A stretch of 30,284 nt of DNA from a virus (taxonomy: Duplodnaviria; Caudoviricetes): the IMG/VR virus record IMGVR_UViG_3300027815_000015, positions 1 through 30,284 of that record; one strand, written 5' to 3'. Of this stretch, positions 1 through 9,015 are shown piece after piece. The notes below the pieces were generated by a model. That model worked only from the letters and a program-made list of their open reading frames with translations, was not told the DNA's origin and searched no databases. Each line of letters opens with the position of its first letter. The stretch's first letter is position 1. Position numbers and translations under genes: made by a program.

Positions 1-1125
1 CGCGGCATCGAGGTGTACGCCATCACCGGGCGGGTATCGCCGCTCCATTTTGTCCAGGTAGTAGCGGTGCGCGTCGAAGAAGCGCCATTCGGCATTCAGG
101 TGCCCATCAAGCGCGGATCGCGATCTGGCAATCAGTTCCTCAAAGAGGCCGATCCATTCTGTCCTGGTCAAAGGCGTCTTGGGTGCTGATTGATGTGGAT
201 CGGCGTCCGTCGCCATGTAGGGCTGGTAGGCCACGAAGATTGGAATGCCGGAAAAGTCACGTTTGATCGAGCGAAGCGCATGGACATACATCGGCACAAC
301 GATGCGATCGAGAGCTTGGCGCGCGTCCTTTGGTGCGGGCGGGAAGTTTCTCAGGTAGTCAGCCTCCGCATCCTGTTCGAGCCGAGCCAGGGTCAGCGTT
401 CTCAGCGTCGTGCCAATGATCGTGTTTTCCATGAGCCCTGGGTAGATATTGGCGAAAAACCGGAGCCATCGCGGCCCCGTGTCCCGCCTCGCCGCAAAGG
501 TCAATCCACGCACCGTGGAGAAGCCTCGATAGACATAGGAAAACGGCGGCCGAACCGCATCCATGTCGTTGTGACCCGAGAACGACAGGATCATGTCTGG
601 CGCAAGCGCGTGGCCCCACAGATTGAGTGCGAGATAGTTCTGGTACGTGACCGACCCGCCCATTGCGAGATTGATGACGCGCAACGTGGTGCCAGGCCCG
701 CATGGTTTTTGCGCGGAAAATAATCGCTCCAACACACGATACATCATCGCGTCGTTGGTATCCGCGCCCCAACCGACGGCGGCACTGCCACCGACGATAA
801 TCAAACGCAACTCACCAGACTGTTTAGGTGGCGGGTCATCGAGATCGAAGTCGATAAAAAACCCGTGATCGCCCGTGCGGAATAACGGATTGGTCACTGC
901 GTTTGATTGCGTGTGGCCTCCTGTCCACGGATAGAGGTCAAAGGTGTTGACTGTGCGGTGAGGCGTATGAGCGTCGCGTCCGCCACTTGCGTTTGGATCG
1001 CCGATCGTGCCGAGCCTCACCTTCGGGTCGTCGAGAAACGCCATGTCCACAAGCTTGAGCCCACCAAAGAATAGGATGGGGAGCCACAGCAGGTACGCAA
1101 TGACGGTGGCAGTGCGCCCGATCAT
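1..1125 (-). CDS. Membrane-anchored SGNH/GDSL hydrolase-family protein (3' end beyond window)
   Basis: Hand translation from ATG 1125 gives 375 open codons to the edge: N-terminal TM (VIAYLLWLPILFFGGL), block I LIIVGGSAAVG, block II VINLAMGG, block III SFSGHND, block V GDGVHL (DxxH). Confidence 0.85.
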   Translation of the reverse strand, partial: MIGRTATVIAYLLWLPILFFGGLKLVDMAFLDDPKVRLGTIGDPNASGGRDAHTPHRTVNTFDLYPWTGGHTQSNAVTNPLFRTGDHGFFIDFDLDDPPPKQSGELRLIIVGGSAAVGWGADTNDAMMYRVLERLFSAQKPCGPGTTLRVINLAMGGSVTYQNYLALNLWGHALAPDMILSFSGHNDMDAVRPPFSYVYRGFSTVRGLTFAARRDTGPRWLRFFANIYPGLMENTIIGTTLRTLTLARLEQDAEADYLRNFPPAPKDARQALDRIVVPMYVHALRSIKRDFSGIPIFVAYQPYMATDADPHQSAPKTPLTRTEWIGLFEELIARSRSALDGHLNAEWRFFDAHRYYLDKMERRYPPGDGVHLDAA

Positions 1126-1131
1126 CCGCTC

Positions 1132-1137
1132 ATTATA
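1132..1137 (-). promoter_or_regulatory. Perfect -10 hexamer TATAAT 6 nt before the SGNH start codon (probable leaderless promoter)
   Basis: Minus strand reads TAG-gcta-TATAAT-gagcgg-ATG; no clear SD. Confidence 0.55.
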
Positions 1138-1141
1138 TAGC

Positions 1142-2251
1142 CTACCAAGCCGGAATGTAACGCGTGGTCCCGGCGTCATCGACGGGTATCCATTTCGTCG
1201 GGTTTCCGGCGGCGGGCGCGTTGGCAATGGTGCCGGCACCGGCACCCGCGCCATTGTTGTACGTGGTTTTGCTGCCGATCATGAAGCTTGCGGCATTGGA
1301 GTAGATCAGACCTGCTCCGATGTCTTGCCCGGAACCACCCTGCCCGATGACCATCAGGCCGCCAGCCGGCCCGACCCGCAATACCTCTGCCTGAGCTGCC
1401 GCGCCTAGCGCGGTCAAAGATAACAACAATCTAGTACCCTGAGCGGTATCACTCCAGTTCTCGGCGGCGTTTAGACTAATCGCCACTCGGGACGAGCCAT
1501 ACCCGGTAGCGCCGTATCCAAATGCAGTTATCGCTGTGATGGTGTCATTGGAATTCAGCGCGCTCGGCGCGGCGGCCGATGTATTTGCGCGGCGGCCAGT
1601 AAAGTTGGCCGGGGCGCCGAACGCGTCGATCGTGACCCTGGTCTGCGTCCCGTTGGCCTGAGCAAACGTCGCGACCGTCCCGCTCAGCGCCGCCGGTAGC
1701 GCCGCCGCGTTGAGGCTGAACGTATTGACGCCCGACCACGTATTGGTCCCGTCCAGCAGCGGCACTGTATTGCCCGACGTGCCGGTGGCCTTGAATGCGG
1801 CTGTGCCGAGCGTGCCTCCGGTTCCGACGTTGAGGGTCGAGCCATCGGTGCCAGCCAGCGTGAGCGTGTTGTTCGTCCTGAAGGTCTTATTGTTGTCGAT
1901 CGTCAACACGCCGCCCGAGGTCGTGGTGATCGTCAGCCCTTCATAGGTCTTGCCGCCGGAGAGCGCCTGGCCGATGTCGACCCCGACCAGCGTGGTGGAT
2001 GTCGAGGGCAAGGTGATGTCACGCGTGGTGCCGGTGGTCTGCCCCGGCGATACCAGGATGCGCGCCTTCTTGGTGAGATCACCGCTCGCCGAGAGCCTGA
2101 GGCGGTCGTCGCGCAAATCGACCGTCGGCGTGGCCGACGACACCGTGATCGAGGGCTCGTTGATGGCGACGGTCCCGGTCGCGCCAATAACAATGTTGCC
2201 GCTGGCCGAGAGGTTGAGATTGCCGGTCGGGTTGAGATTGTAGTCGGCCAT
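1142..2251 (-). CDS. Tail fibre/spike-like virion protein (G/T/A/S-rich, beta-rich)
   Basis: 369 aa, GGAG SD, follows the tail spike-like gene; LGTAAFKATGTSGNTVPLLDGTNTWSG is a common tail-fibre segment. Confidence 0.7.
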   Translation of the reverse strand: MADYNLNPTGNLNLSASGNIVIGATGTVAINEPSITVSSATPTVDLRDDRLRLSASGDLTKKARILVSPGQTTGTTRDITLPSTSTTLVGVDIGQALSGGKTYEGLTITTTSGGVLTIDNNKTFRTNNTLTLAGTDGSTLNVGTGGTLGTAAFKATGTSGNTVPLLDGTNTWSGVNTFSLNAAALPAALSGTVATFAQANGTQTRVTIDAFGAPANFTGRRANTSAAAPSALNSNDTITAITAFGYGATGYGSSRVAISLNAAENWSDTAQGTRLLLSLTALGAAAQAEVLRVGPAGGLMVIGQGGSGQDIGAGLIYSNAASFMIGSKTTYNNGAGAGAGTIANAPAAGNPTKWIPVDDAGTTRYIPAW

Positions 2252-2263
2252 GCTTGCTCCTCC

Positions 2264-4252
2264 CTACTGCCTGGCAAACATGCTGATCTGGGGAGCGAAG
2301 GTGCCGGTGCCGCCGGAGACCCAGCCGTAGACCTTGTATTCAAAATATTCTTCCGCGTTCGGGAAGCCGAAACTGCAACCGAGATGGACCGGGAGGTCGG
2401 CGGCGGCGGCGCCCGCCTTGGCCAGACCGCTCGCGCCGATCAGCGTTCCGGCCCGGTCGAATGCGCGGATTTGCATGAAGAGGGTTTCGCCGGCGTTGGA
2501 ATTGAAGGCCCACGCTTCCGCAACCACCATGGGGCAGCTAGCCGCGTCGGCCACCAGCCGCAGGATAACGTTGGTCGTGATCTCGACCGGCGAGGTCGAT
2601 GCCGTGGTGTAGGACGGCTGGCTGCTGCCGGCGGCCACCGCAGGCAGTTGCGTGTAGAATTGGTTGCTCTGAAACCAGCCGTGGATGACGAAGCGGCCGG
2701 TGTCGAACAGCAGCGAGCCGTCCTTGTTGTAGAACAGCCCGAGGAAGGTGCGCGTGTTGTCGCCGGACTTGACCAGAACGCGCCGGCCGTCGCTGTCGAA
2801 GCCTTGCGCGGTCAGCGAGTGGTCGATGCCGGCGGCTCCGTTCAACAGCCGCGCATAGATATAATACAGCTTGTCCTTGTTGTCGGCGGTGGTCAGGTCG
2901 GTGCCGGCGGCGCCGTTGAGATAGCAATTGCGGGTATCGACGATGATGCTGTCGATGCTATGGATGCCCCAGCCGCCGGTGCTCGCATCCTTAATCAGGA
3001 TGCCGTTGCCGTTGGTGCCCTGGATCGCGTAGCTGTTCGGTTGGGTGAGCTGCGTGCCATTGGCAGGGGCGCCGACCGATACCGAGCCGTGATAGGGCGT
3101 GTACTGGAAGATGTTGTTGGCGGAGAACACCCCCGGCGAGGCGAACGTGACGTGCCAGAGCAGCAAGCCGCCGGTGCCGCCGTTGCAGTAAAGCTCGACC
3201 AGGTCGAACGTGCTCTTGAGCACGATGCTGTTGAGCTGCTGTTCGCCCCAGAAGATCTTGCCGCCGGCCGCCGCGTTGATCGTGTAAGGGCCATTGCCGC
3301 TCTTGTAGCAGCGCACCGCATTGCCGTTGATCACCGGGGTGGGGAGCGGCAGGTTGATTATCTGCGCGTCAGTGCCATGCGCACTGGCGATGGTCCGGCT
3401 GAAATCAGCGGCGGTGATCGCGTAGGTCGTGCTGCTTGCGGTCTTAAGTGGATAGGGCCACACGCCGTCGATCTCGAAAACGATATCGGACGTGCCGACG
3501 GTGATCGGGTTGACTGTGGTAACGGCAAACACCGTGCGCTGGAATGATGCGCCGGAATGCACGTAGACCCGAGTCCCCTTTACGATGTCGAGGGCGCCGT
3601 CGAAGTCGAGGGCGCGCGTCCAGTTGCCGCTCGCGGCCAGATAGATGCCGTTCTGCGTGGCTATCGTCTGCTGCCACACCACCACGCGATCGCCGGCCGC
3701 CCCGGCCACGCCGTCGATGGTCTGCAGGCCGGATAACGTGATATTGCCGGTCGTGGCAAGGCGACAGGGGGCCTTGATCGCACTATTGGCGCCGCTCACC
3801 GCCAGGCCATGCGGATCGAAAACGAGCACAAGATGACCGGCAGCGATGTCAGTGAGGATCGAGGCGCTGGACGTGTGGTGATCGACAACGACGTAGGTTT
3901 CGCCGTTGGTCGGCTCCTGCACGAGATCAGTCGCGTAGTAGATCGTGCTGGCCGCCCAATTGCCTCGCCACGTACCATAGGCATTGATTGCGCCGGTCGA
4001 ATGTGAGGACACATTGGGACCGACAACCGAAGCCACTACCGGCTCGTTGATATAGACCGGCGCCGAGAACTTACCTTCACTGTCGAGCGTTTGCGGATTG
4101 GCTACGGTCTGCGCGCCAGTCGCATCAGCGTAAAGCGCGGCGAGTGTTGCGGTCGCCGTGCCTTGAGCATTGGCGATGTAAAAGGTCACCCGCGCCGCGG
4201 CATAGATCGGGTTGGCGAGCTGGAAATCGGGAATCGCGCTGCGAAATGTCAT
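2264..4252 (-). CDS. Tail spike/fibre protein with P22-tailspike-like head-binding N-terminus
   Basis: Start reassigned to ATG 4252 (MTFRSAIPDF), 2 nt after the upstream stop; ARVTFY...ALYADATG...ANPQTLDSEGKF N-domain, WRGNWAASTIY CBM-like repeat, CRLATTGNITLSGLQTIDG fibre domain. Confidence 0.75.
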   Translation of the reverse strand: MTFRSAIPDFQLANPIYAAARVTFYIANAQGTATATLAALYADATGAQTVANPQTLDSEGKFSAPVYINEPVVASVVGPNVSSHSTGAINAYGTWRGNWAASTIYYATDLVQEPTNGETYVVVDHHTSSASILTDIAAGHLVLVFDPHGLAVSGANSAIKAPCRLATTGNITLSGLQTIDGVAGAAGDRVVVWQQTIATQNGIYLAASGNWTRALDFDGALDIVKGTRVYVHSGASFQRTVFAVTTVNPITVGTSDIVFEIDGVWPYPLKTASSTTYAITAADFSRTIASAHGTDAQIINLPLPTPVINGNAVRCYKSGNGPYTINAAAGGKIFWGEQQLNSIVLKSTFDLVELYCNGGTGGLLLWHVTFASPGVFSANNIFQYTPYHGSVSVGAPANGTQLTQPNSYAIQGTNGNGILIKDASTGGWGIHSIDSIIVDTRNCYLNGAAGTDLTTADNKDKLYYIYARLLNGAAGIDHSLTAQGFDSDGRRVLVKSGDNTRTFLGLFYNKDGSLLFDTGRFVIHGWFQSNQFYTQLPAVAAGSSQPSYTTASTSPVEITTNVILRLVADAASCPMVVAEAWAFNSNAGETLFMQIRAFDRAGTLIGASGLAKAGAAAADLPVHLGCSFGFPNAEEYFEYKVYGWVSGGTGTFAPQISMFARQ

Positions 4253-4254
4253 GG

Positions 4255-4995
4255 CTACGACCACGCCTCGGTAATCGGCGGCGTCGTCTCGTGCTCTTGG
4301 TTCTCGAACACCAGCAATGCGTCCTTGGCGTCTTTGGCTTGGCCCCTGAATTCGTCGAGGCTGGTTTTGGGCAGCCTGCGCACCGGACCCGATCCGAGAT
4401 CGGCGGCGAGCTGGAAGATCAACCAGCGTTGCCACGCTTGGCGAAAGCCGGTGAGCACCGAGCTGGATGGCTGCGTACCGGTGACGCCGCTCGGCGCCAC
4501 ATTCGGCGCGTAAGTCTGCACCACGAGCTTGATGGTCCAGACCGTGGAGTCGGTTGCCGCCGGGGTCGGATAGATGCGCAGCTTGGGCGAGGTCGGTAGC
4601 CGGTCGAGGTGGATCATCTCCGGCGTGCCGGTTTCGGTCGCCTTGTCCACCGCCTCGAACTTGTCACGCGTGACGATTTCCAGCGGCGTGCGGTTGCCGG
4701 CGGCGTCTTCAAGCCACGCCTTGCGGGGAAACTGCACGCGGTCGAACGGCAGATTGGTCCCGAGCGCGGTATAAAGGTCGTAGCTCGACGTGCCGTTGGT
4801 GATGGTGAAGGAGAGCGTTGCCTGGACGATCGAAAACAGCTCGGTCGTCCCGGCAAGCTGCGCCATGTTGAGATCGAGCCAGGTCATGGCCCGGCGCAAG
4901 TTCTCGCCGTCAGGCGCGCTCTCGGTGACGGGGAATTCCCCGATCGCGCCGAGCGCCTCCTCGCAGATTTTGCTGGCAGTGAGAACCTGCGACAT
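4255..4995 (-). CDS. Head-tail adaptor / head completion protein (P22 gp4 or T7 gp11-like)
   Basis: 246 aa; TASKICEEALGAIG N-terminal helix, GTP...LRIYPTP, LIFQLAADL; podovirus synteny. Confidence 0.7.
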   Translation of the reverse strand: MSQVLTASKICEEALGAIGEFPVTESAPDGENLRRAMTWLDLNMAQLAGTTELFSIVQATLSFTITNGTSSYDLYTALGTNLPFDRVQFPRKAWLEDAAGNRTPLEIVTRDKFEAVDKATETGTPEMIHLDRLPTSPKLRIYPTPAATDSTVWTIKLVVQTYAPNVAPSGVTGTQPSSSVLTGFRQAWQRWLIFQLAADLGSGPVRRLPKTSLDEFRGQAKDAKDALLVFENQEHETTPPITEAWS

Positions 4996-5000
4996 GAGGC

Positions 5001-5567
5001 TTAGGCGGCCTCTTCATCATCGTCTTCGATGGAGTCGGGAACGAAATCGTCGTCGCCGATATCCTTTTCCTTCGCGGTATTGACCTTTTGCCGCTCGGCC
5101 AGCGTACCTTTGATGAAGTCGATCATCGCCACACGGTCGGGCTTGTCCTTACCCGTGAATTTCTCGCCGCCTGGCATTTCGAGCGCGCGCTGCAAGAGCG
5201 CCGACGTCATCAGCTCGTCGTAGCGGGCGATGGTCTCGTTCTCACCGAGCTTGAACTTCTCGCCGGCGCCGAGTTCGTCGGGCTGCTTGGGCCGGCGGTC
5301 GTAGGGGAGGGCCTCGCCTTTTTCGTTGGCGAGCTGGAAGGCTTCGTGCTTGAGGAACTTCACCGCGACGGCTAGGTTGAGCTCCAGGGCTTCGCGCGGC
5401 TGGAAGGTGAATTTCTTGATCGTGCCGTCCACGATCATCTCGTGGACGCGCGGGCCATCGACCGCGGTAGTGTCGATGACAAACACTTTCTTCGGGGCGG
5501 TCTTGGCGGGTTTAGTCGTCTCTTTCGGCTCTGCGGTGATCGCAGTCGCAGCGGCATTCTTGCTCAT
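5001..5567 (-). CDS. Hypothetical phage protein with acidic C-terminus
   Basis: 188 aa, AGGA SD, typical codon usage, in the late operon. Confidence 0.75.
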   Translation of the reverse strand: MSKNAAATAITAEPKETTKPAKTAPKKVFVIDTTAVDGPRVHEMIVDGTIKKFTFQPREALELNLAVAVKFLKHEAFQLANEKGEALPYDRRPKQPDELGAGEKFKLGENETIARYDELMTSALLQRALEMPGGEKFTGKDKPDRVAMIDFIKGTLAERQKVNTAKEKDIGDDDFVPDSIEDDDEEAA

Positions 5568-5612
5568 GAACTCAGTCTTCCTTTGTGGGTGACAGGGGCA
5601 GCCTGGCAGTCC

Positions 5613-5645
5613 AAAGGCCCGGCCGGTTTCCCGGCCGGGCCCTTT
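5613..5645 (-). terminator. Rho-independent terminator-like hairpin
   Basis: Minus strand GGCCCGGCCGG-GAAA-CCGGCCGGGCC-TTT just downstream of 5671..6357; short T-runs on both strands. Confidence 0.75.
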
Positions 5646-5670
5646 CGTCGTTGCTCGTCGCGGCTTTCGC

Positions 5671-6357
5671 TTAGACGAGGTTGTAGGGCAGGAGGATGAA
5701 GCCCTTCGCCGTATCGGAGCCGGCGGTCAGCGTGTAGCTGATCGACTTACCGGTAACGGCGTCAGAGGCGTGCGGGGCGTTCGATGAATACAGCGCACCG
5801 TTGGTGCCGATTCGCACGCCAAGCGTCCCAACGCTATCGGCGGCAAGAAGGCCGTTGGCGTCACCACCGCTTTCGGTGGAGAGGATGCCAACGTCGATCG
5901 TCTCGGTGGCGTCAATCGCGGTCACATAGAGGCCGGCACCGTGCAGCCGATCGAGCACCTGCGCCGGGTTTGGAACGTCGAACCCGGTATCGGTTTCGGT
6001 GGCATCGCCGGCGTCATCGACATAGGAGAACGGTATCTTCATCAGCTGCCGCTTGTTCGCGGTATCGACGAGGATTTCGTTCGGGCCGGAGGCTACGACG
6101 CCGGCCTGGACCACGAACTGGCCACCTGGCGCCATGACGTAGAGGTCCACGGACGCAACCGTGTCATCCACGAAGAAGTTCAGGAAGCCGCGAGTCGGGG
6201 TGATCGGATTGGCCAGCGCCGCTCCGTCTTTGTCGTACAAGGTCGCCTTGTCGGGAGAGCCTGCGGTGGCGACGTGGCACTTGCCGCCGGCCGCGATGAT
6301 GCTCGTCCCGAGCACGGCATCCTTGAGTTGAATGCGATACTCAAGCTTATTCGCCAT
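5671..6357 (-). CDS. Probable capsid decoration/cement or head fibre protein
   Basis: 228 aa directly after the major capsid gene; beta-rich, G/A/T/D-rich. Confidence 0.6.
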   Translation of the reverse strand: MANKLEYRIQLKDAVLGTSIIAAGGKCHVATAGSPDKATLYDKDGAALANPITPTRGFLNFFVDDTVASVDLYVMAPGGQFVVQAGVVASGPNEILVDTANKRQLMKIPFSYVDDAGDATETDTGFDVPNPAQVLDRLHGAGLYVTAIDATETIDVGILSTESGGDANGLLAADSVGTLGVRIGTNGALYSSNAPHASDAVTGKSISYTLTAGSDTAKGFILLPYNLV

Positions 6358-6360
6358 GGG

Positions 6361-6390
6361 GATTGCTCACAGATTGATTGCTCACAGATT
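6361..6390. repeat. Perfect 15-bp tandem duplication GATTGCTCACAGATT x2
   Basis: 6361-6375 and 6376-6390 are identical; 3 nt upstream of ATG 6357. Confidence 0.9.
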
Positions 6391-6400
6391 GGAGCGTGGA

Positions 6401-6531
6401 GGCGGTTCAGCCTGGCTTACGAAGCCCGAGGCACCGCCGGATGCTGAAGGGGAGAAGCCGGCGCGCGTAACTTTTTGCCCTCACGATCGTGAGAGAGGAA
6501 AGTGACGCCGCCGGCTCCCTTGGTGTTTCAG
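6401..6531 (-). other. Structured intergenic RNA segment (long imperfect hairpin plus a second hairpin)
   Basis: Nested pairings CTGAA/TTCAG, AGCCGGCG/CGCCGGCT, CACTTT/AAAGT, CTCACGA/TCGTGAG (6444-6531); GGCGGT/ACCGCC with GGCTT/AAGCC (6401-6438). Confidence 0.6.
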
Positions 6532-6539
6532 TTGACGTA

Positions 6540-7652
6540 TTAAGCCGCGGCTGCGGTCTTGATCGCGATGCAGCCGAAGTCCTGGCGGGTGCTGGCGTCG
6601 GTCAGCGATTTGAACTGCGGTTTCAGCATCCCGATCTTGCGGCCGACGCCCACACCAGGGCGATTGCCGTGATCGGTCTTGTCCGATTCCGTGAAGTTCA
6701 TATTGCCGAGCGTGGCGAGGCCCGCGGCTTGCGCGCCGAGCAACATGGCCTGCGCACCGTCGATCGTCGAACCGGAACCCCACTTGGAGCCGGAAGACAG
6801 ACCGAGGGTGTTGAAGACCTTGTTGTGGCTGTGGATCACGAGGCCATGGACCTTGGCGATCGCTCCCGTGAACAACGGGTTCTGATCGCCATTCTTCGCA
6901 GCCGAGCGCACGATCGTCTGATAAGTCGGATCGAGCGCCAGGTCGCGTTCCTGCTCCGGCGTGATGACGAGCACCCAATTATTTTGCCCGTTCGACTTGA
7001 TCGGGCGAATCTTCTTGCGGATGGCCGTCTGCTTGGCTTTCACGCACACCGCCCAGGAAAACTTATCCGAGGCGGTCAGCGTGGCTTCGCTCGTTGCCGA
7101 ACCGGCGAAGATCACCCGGCCGGAAGACGGCGCAGCAACGTCACTAGCGAAGCGCAGCGAAGGAAGCTGGCTGTTGGTGCGGGTCTCGCCCGAGGTCTTG
7201 AGCGTGTAGGCGCGTCCCGAGATCGTCAGGAACATCAGCTCATCGAGCTTGTCCGAGAGCCAGAACCCGAGCTTGTCTTTGGACTGCTCGCGGAACCGGA
7301 TCACGGTCGCCTGCTCGGCCATCGCGCCCTTCGACTTCGTTCCATGACGGAGCTGGTCGATGCGGATGGTTTGAGCGTCGTTGACCAACGCCTCTTCGTT
7401 GCCGTCCAGTTCGTTGTCGCCGACAACGCCGTCGTTGACCATATCCTGGACGAGCTGCATCACGCATTCGAGGCCGCGCTCGGTCTCGGACAGTTGCGTG
7501 ACGCGTTGGATGACGGAGTTCATGTCCTTGTCGGACTTGCCGATGAACCCGTTGGCGAAGAAGAAGGACTGATCGCGACCAGCCTTCCAGATGTCGGCGG
7601 CCCAGACGCGCTTTTGCGCGGCGGAAAGTGCGCCGAAGTCGGTTGCTGCCAT
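6540..7652 (-). CDS. Major capsid protein, N4-gp56 family (DUF4043-like)
   Basis: 370 aa; GVVGDNELDGNEEAL, IRIDQLRHG, LVITPEQERDL, NPLFTGA, LLGAQA, DFGCIAI motifs. Confidence 0.9.
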   Translation of the reverse strand: MAATDFGALSAAQKRVWAADIWKAGRDQSFFFANGFIGKSDKDMNSVIQRVTQLSETERGLECVMQLVQDMVNDGVVGDNELDGNEEALVNDAQTIRIDQLRHGTKSKGAMAEQATVIRFREQSKDKLGFWLSDKLDELMFLTISGRAYTLKTSGETRTNSQLPSLRFASDVAAPSSGRVIFAGSATSEATLTASDKFSWAVCVKAKQTAIRKKIRPIKSNGQNNWVLVITPEQERDLALDPTYQTIVRSAAKNGDQNPLFTGAIAKVHGLVIHSHNKVFNTLGLSSGSKWGSGSTIDGAQAMLLGAQAAGLATLGNMNFTESDKTDHGNRPGVGVGRKIGMLKPQFKSLTDASTRQDFGCIAIKTAAAA

Positions 7653-7693
7653 GGCGGCATTACCTCGTTGCGGTTATGCCGAGGAGAGAGGAC

Positions 7694-8881
7694 CTACGCG
7701 GCGGTGATGCCGCGGAAGCGGTCTAGCGTTGACCTGGGCAGGGCAGAGATTTCTTCGTCGCTCATGTTTTCGAGAGCGGCGTCGGTCGGCATTCCGCTTC
7801 CATCGCCACCGCTGCCCGCGAGGGCATTGATGTTGATGGGAGCGTTGCCAGCCTTTTCCAATGCAGCCTTGCGGGCTTGCGCCTCGGGGCTGAGTGGCTT
7901 TGGCTGCGGCTGACCGGGTTTCTGTTGCTGCTGGCCTTGCGACGGTTGACTACCTGGGAATGCGAAGCCTGCCGCCTTGGCCGCGTCCGCGCGATCGGCG
8001 ATCAAGCCCGGTGCGAGCCTGTCGATGAGCCGGGAAATCTCTTTCCGCAGCTCGTAGCTTCCGACAGCGCCTTTCAGCGGCACGTTCTTGGCGGTGAGGT
8101 TTTCCCTCGCCTGGTTGGAGATGAAGGTCCACTCGATCTCAGTTGCAACCGCGTTGAAAGGCTTCACCCACTGGTGCTCGTCTTCCAATTTGGCCGTAAG
8201 CGTTTCGAGATAGAGTTCATCATTGCCTGACGGAGCGGCTGGGGTCGCGGGCTTCACCTTCGAGAGCAACGCCTCCTCACGGATGGTTTGCTCTTTGCCG
8301 GTTAGCTCCCGCTCCTGCCGTTTGTATTCCACCATCGTGATATCGCCGTCGTCGAATTTCTTCGCGAGGGTGTCGATCTGACTGTGGACTTCCTCCAGGC
8401 GTTGCTCGGGCGTGGGTTGCGGCTGTTGCTGTTGCGTTTGCGGCTGGCCTGGTTGCCCAGGTGCAGCGGGTGCGCGCGCTTCAGCGATGCCACGGTAGTA
8501 GGCGGCGTTCTGCTCTGCCTTGTTCTTGGCATCGACAACTTCGTCGAACCGAGCCTTCGGGATCATCGGCGCGTCAGCTGGCTGCTGCTGCCCAGCGGGC
8601 GGCTTTCCAGCTTGCGGTTGATCCTTTGCAGCTGCGGCCGGCGCTTGCTGCTGGCCATCGGTCCCGGCGGCTTGATCGTTCTGTTCTCCAGCGCCTTTGG
8701 CGGTCTCCTCGGCTTTCACCGCCGCTTTCGCTGCATTCCATTCGATCAGGTCTGAATCTGTGCTCTCGGCCTCGGCGGGTGGCTGATTAGCGGCTGGCGC
8801 CGGATCGGCCGCACCTGCGGCTTGAGCAAGTTCCTCGGGTTCGGGCAAAGCTCTCTCGTTCCCAGTAGTCATTGGGTTCAC
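7694..8881 (-). CDS. Capsid scaffolding protein
   Basis: Q/A/P/E-rich disordered and coiled-coil protein with IPKARFDEV and C-terminal MSDEEISALP; directly upstream of the capsid gene (GTG 8881 or ATG 8872). Confidence 0.75.
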   Translation of the reverse strand: MNPMTTGNERALPEPEELAQAAGAADPAPAANQPPAEAESTDSDLIEWNAAKAAVKAEETAKGAGEQNDQAAGTDGQQQAPAAAAKDQPQAGKPPAGQQQPADAPMIPKARFDEVVDAKNKAEQNAAYYRGIAEARAPAAPGQPGQPQTQQQQPQPTPEQRLEEVHSQIDTLAKKFDDGDITMVEYKRQERELTGKEQTIREEALLSKVKPATPAAPSGNDELYLETLTAKLEDEHQWVKPFNAVATEIEWTFISNQARENLTAKNVPLKGAVGSYELRKEISRLIDRLAPGLIADRADAAKAAGFAFPGSQPSQGQQQQKPGQPQPKPLSPEAQARKAALEKAGNAPININALAGSGGDGSGMPTDAALENMSDEEISALPRSTLDRFRGITAA

Positions 8882-8993
8882 TCATCCTCTGTCGCGGGAT
8901 TTCGCGGATACGCCCGTGCGGCGGCGGCCCGTGCCAGCGTGTCGCGAGGCTGGCGGCGCGGATACGTCCGAAGCTACTCGTCGGACGAGCGAG

Positions 8994-9015
8994 GTCCTGT
9001 CACGCGTGACAGGAC
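8994..9015. repeat. Perfect 22-bp palindrome GTCCTGTCACGCGTGACAGGAC
   Basis: Self-complementary; in the scaffold leader; core matches the replication iteron palindrome. Confidence 0.9.

Noticed and set aside
190-868. Track ORFs 190..723, 359..772 and 647..868
   Set aside because: They overlap the SGNH reading frame, which the track missed because its stop is outside the window
1142-4252. Diversity-generating retroelement or invertible tail-fibre cassette
   Set aside because: No reverse transcriptase, invertase or template/variable repeat pair seen in the window
4253-4435. Extended N-termini in the ORF track (2264..4435, 13395..14204, 23120..23983, 29686..30123)
   Set aside because: Extensions overlap neighbouring genes; downstream starts with SD or translational coupling fit better
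6530-6542. Stop-codon readthrough or extension of the major capsid protein
   Set aside because: A second in-frame stop follows after three codons and no slippery site is evident
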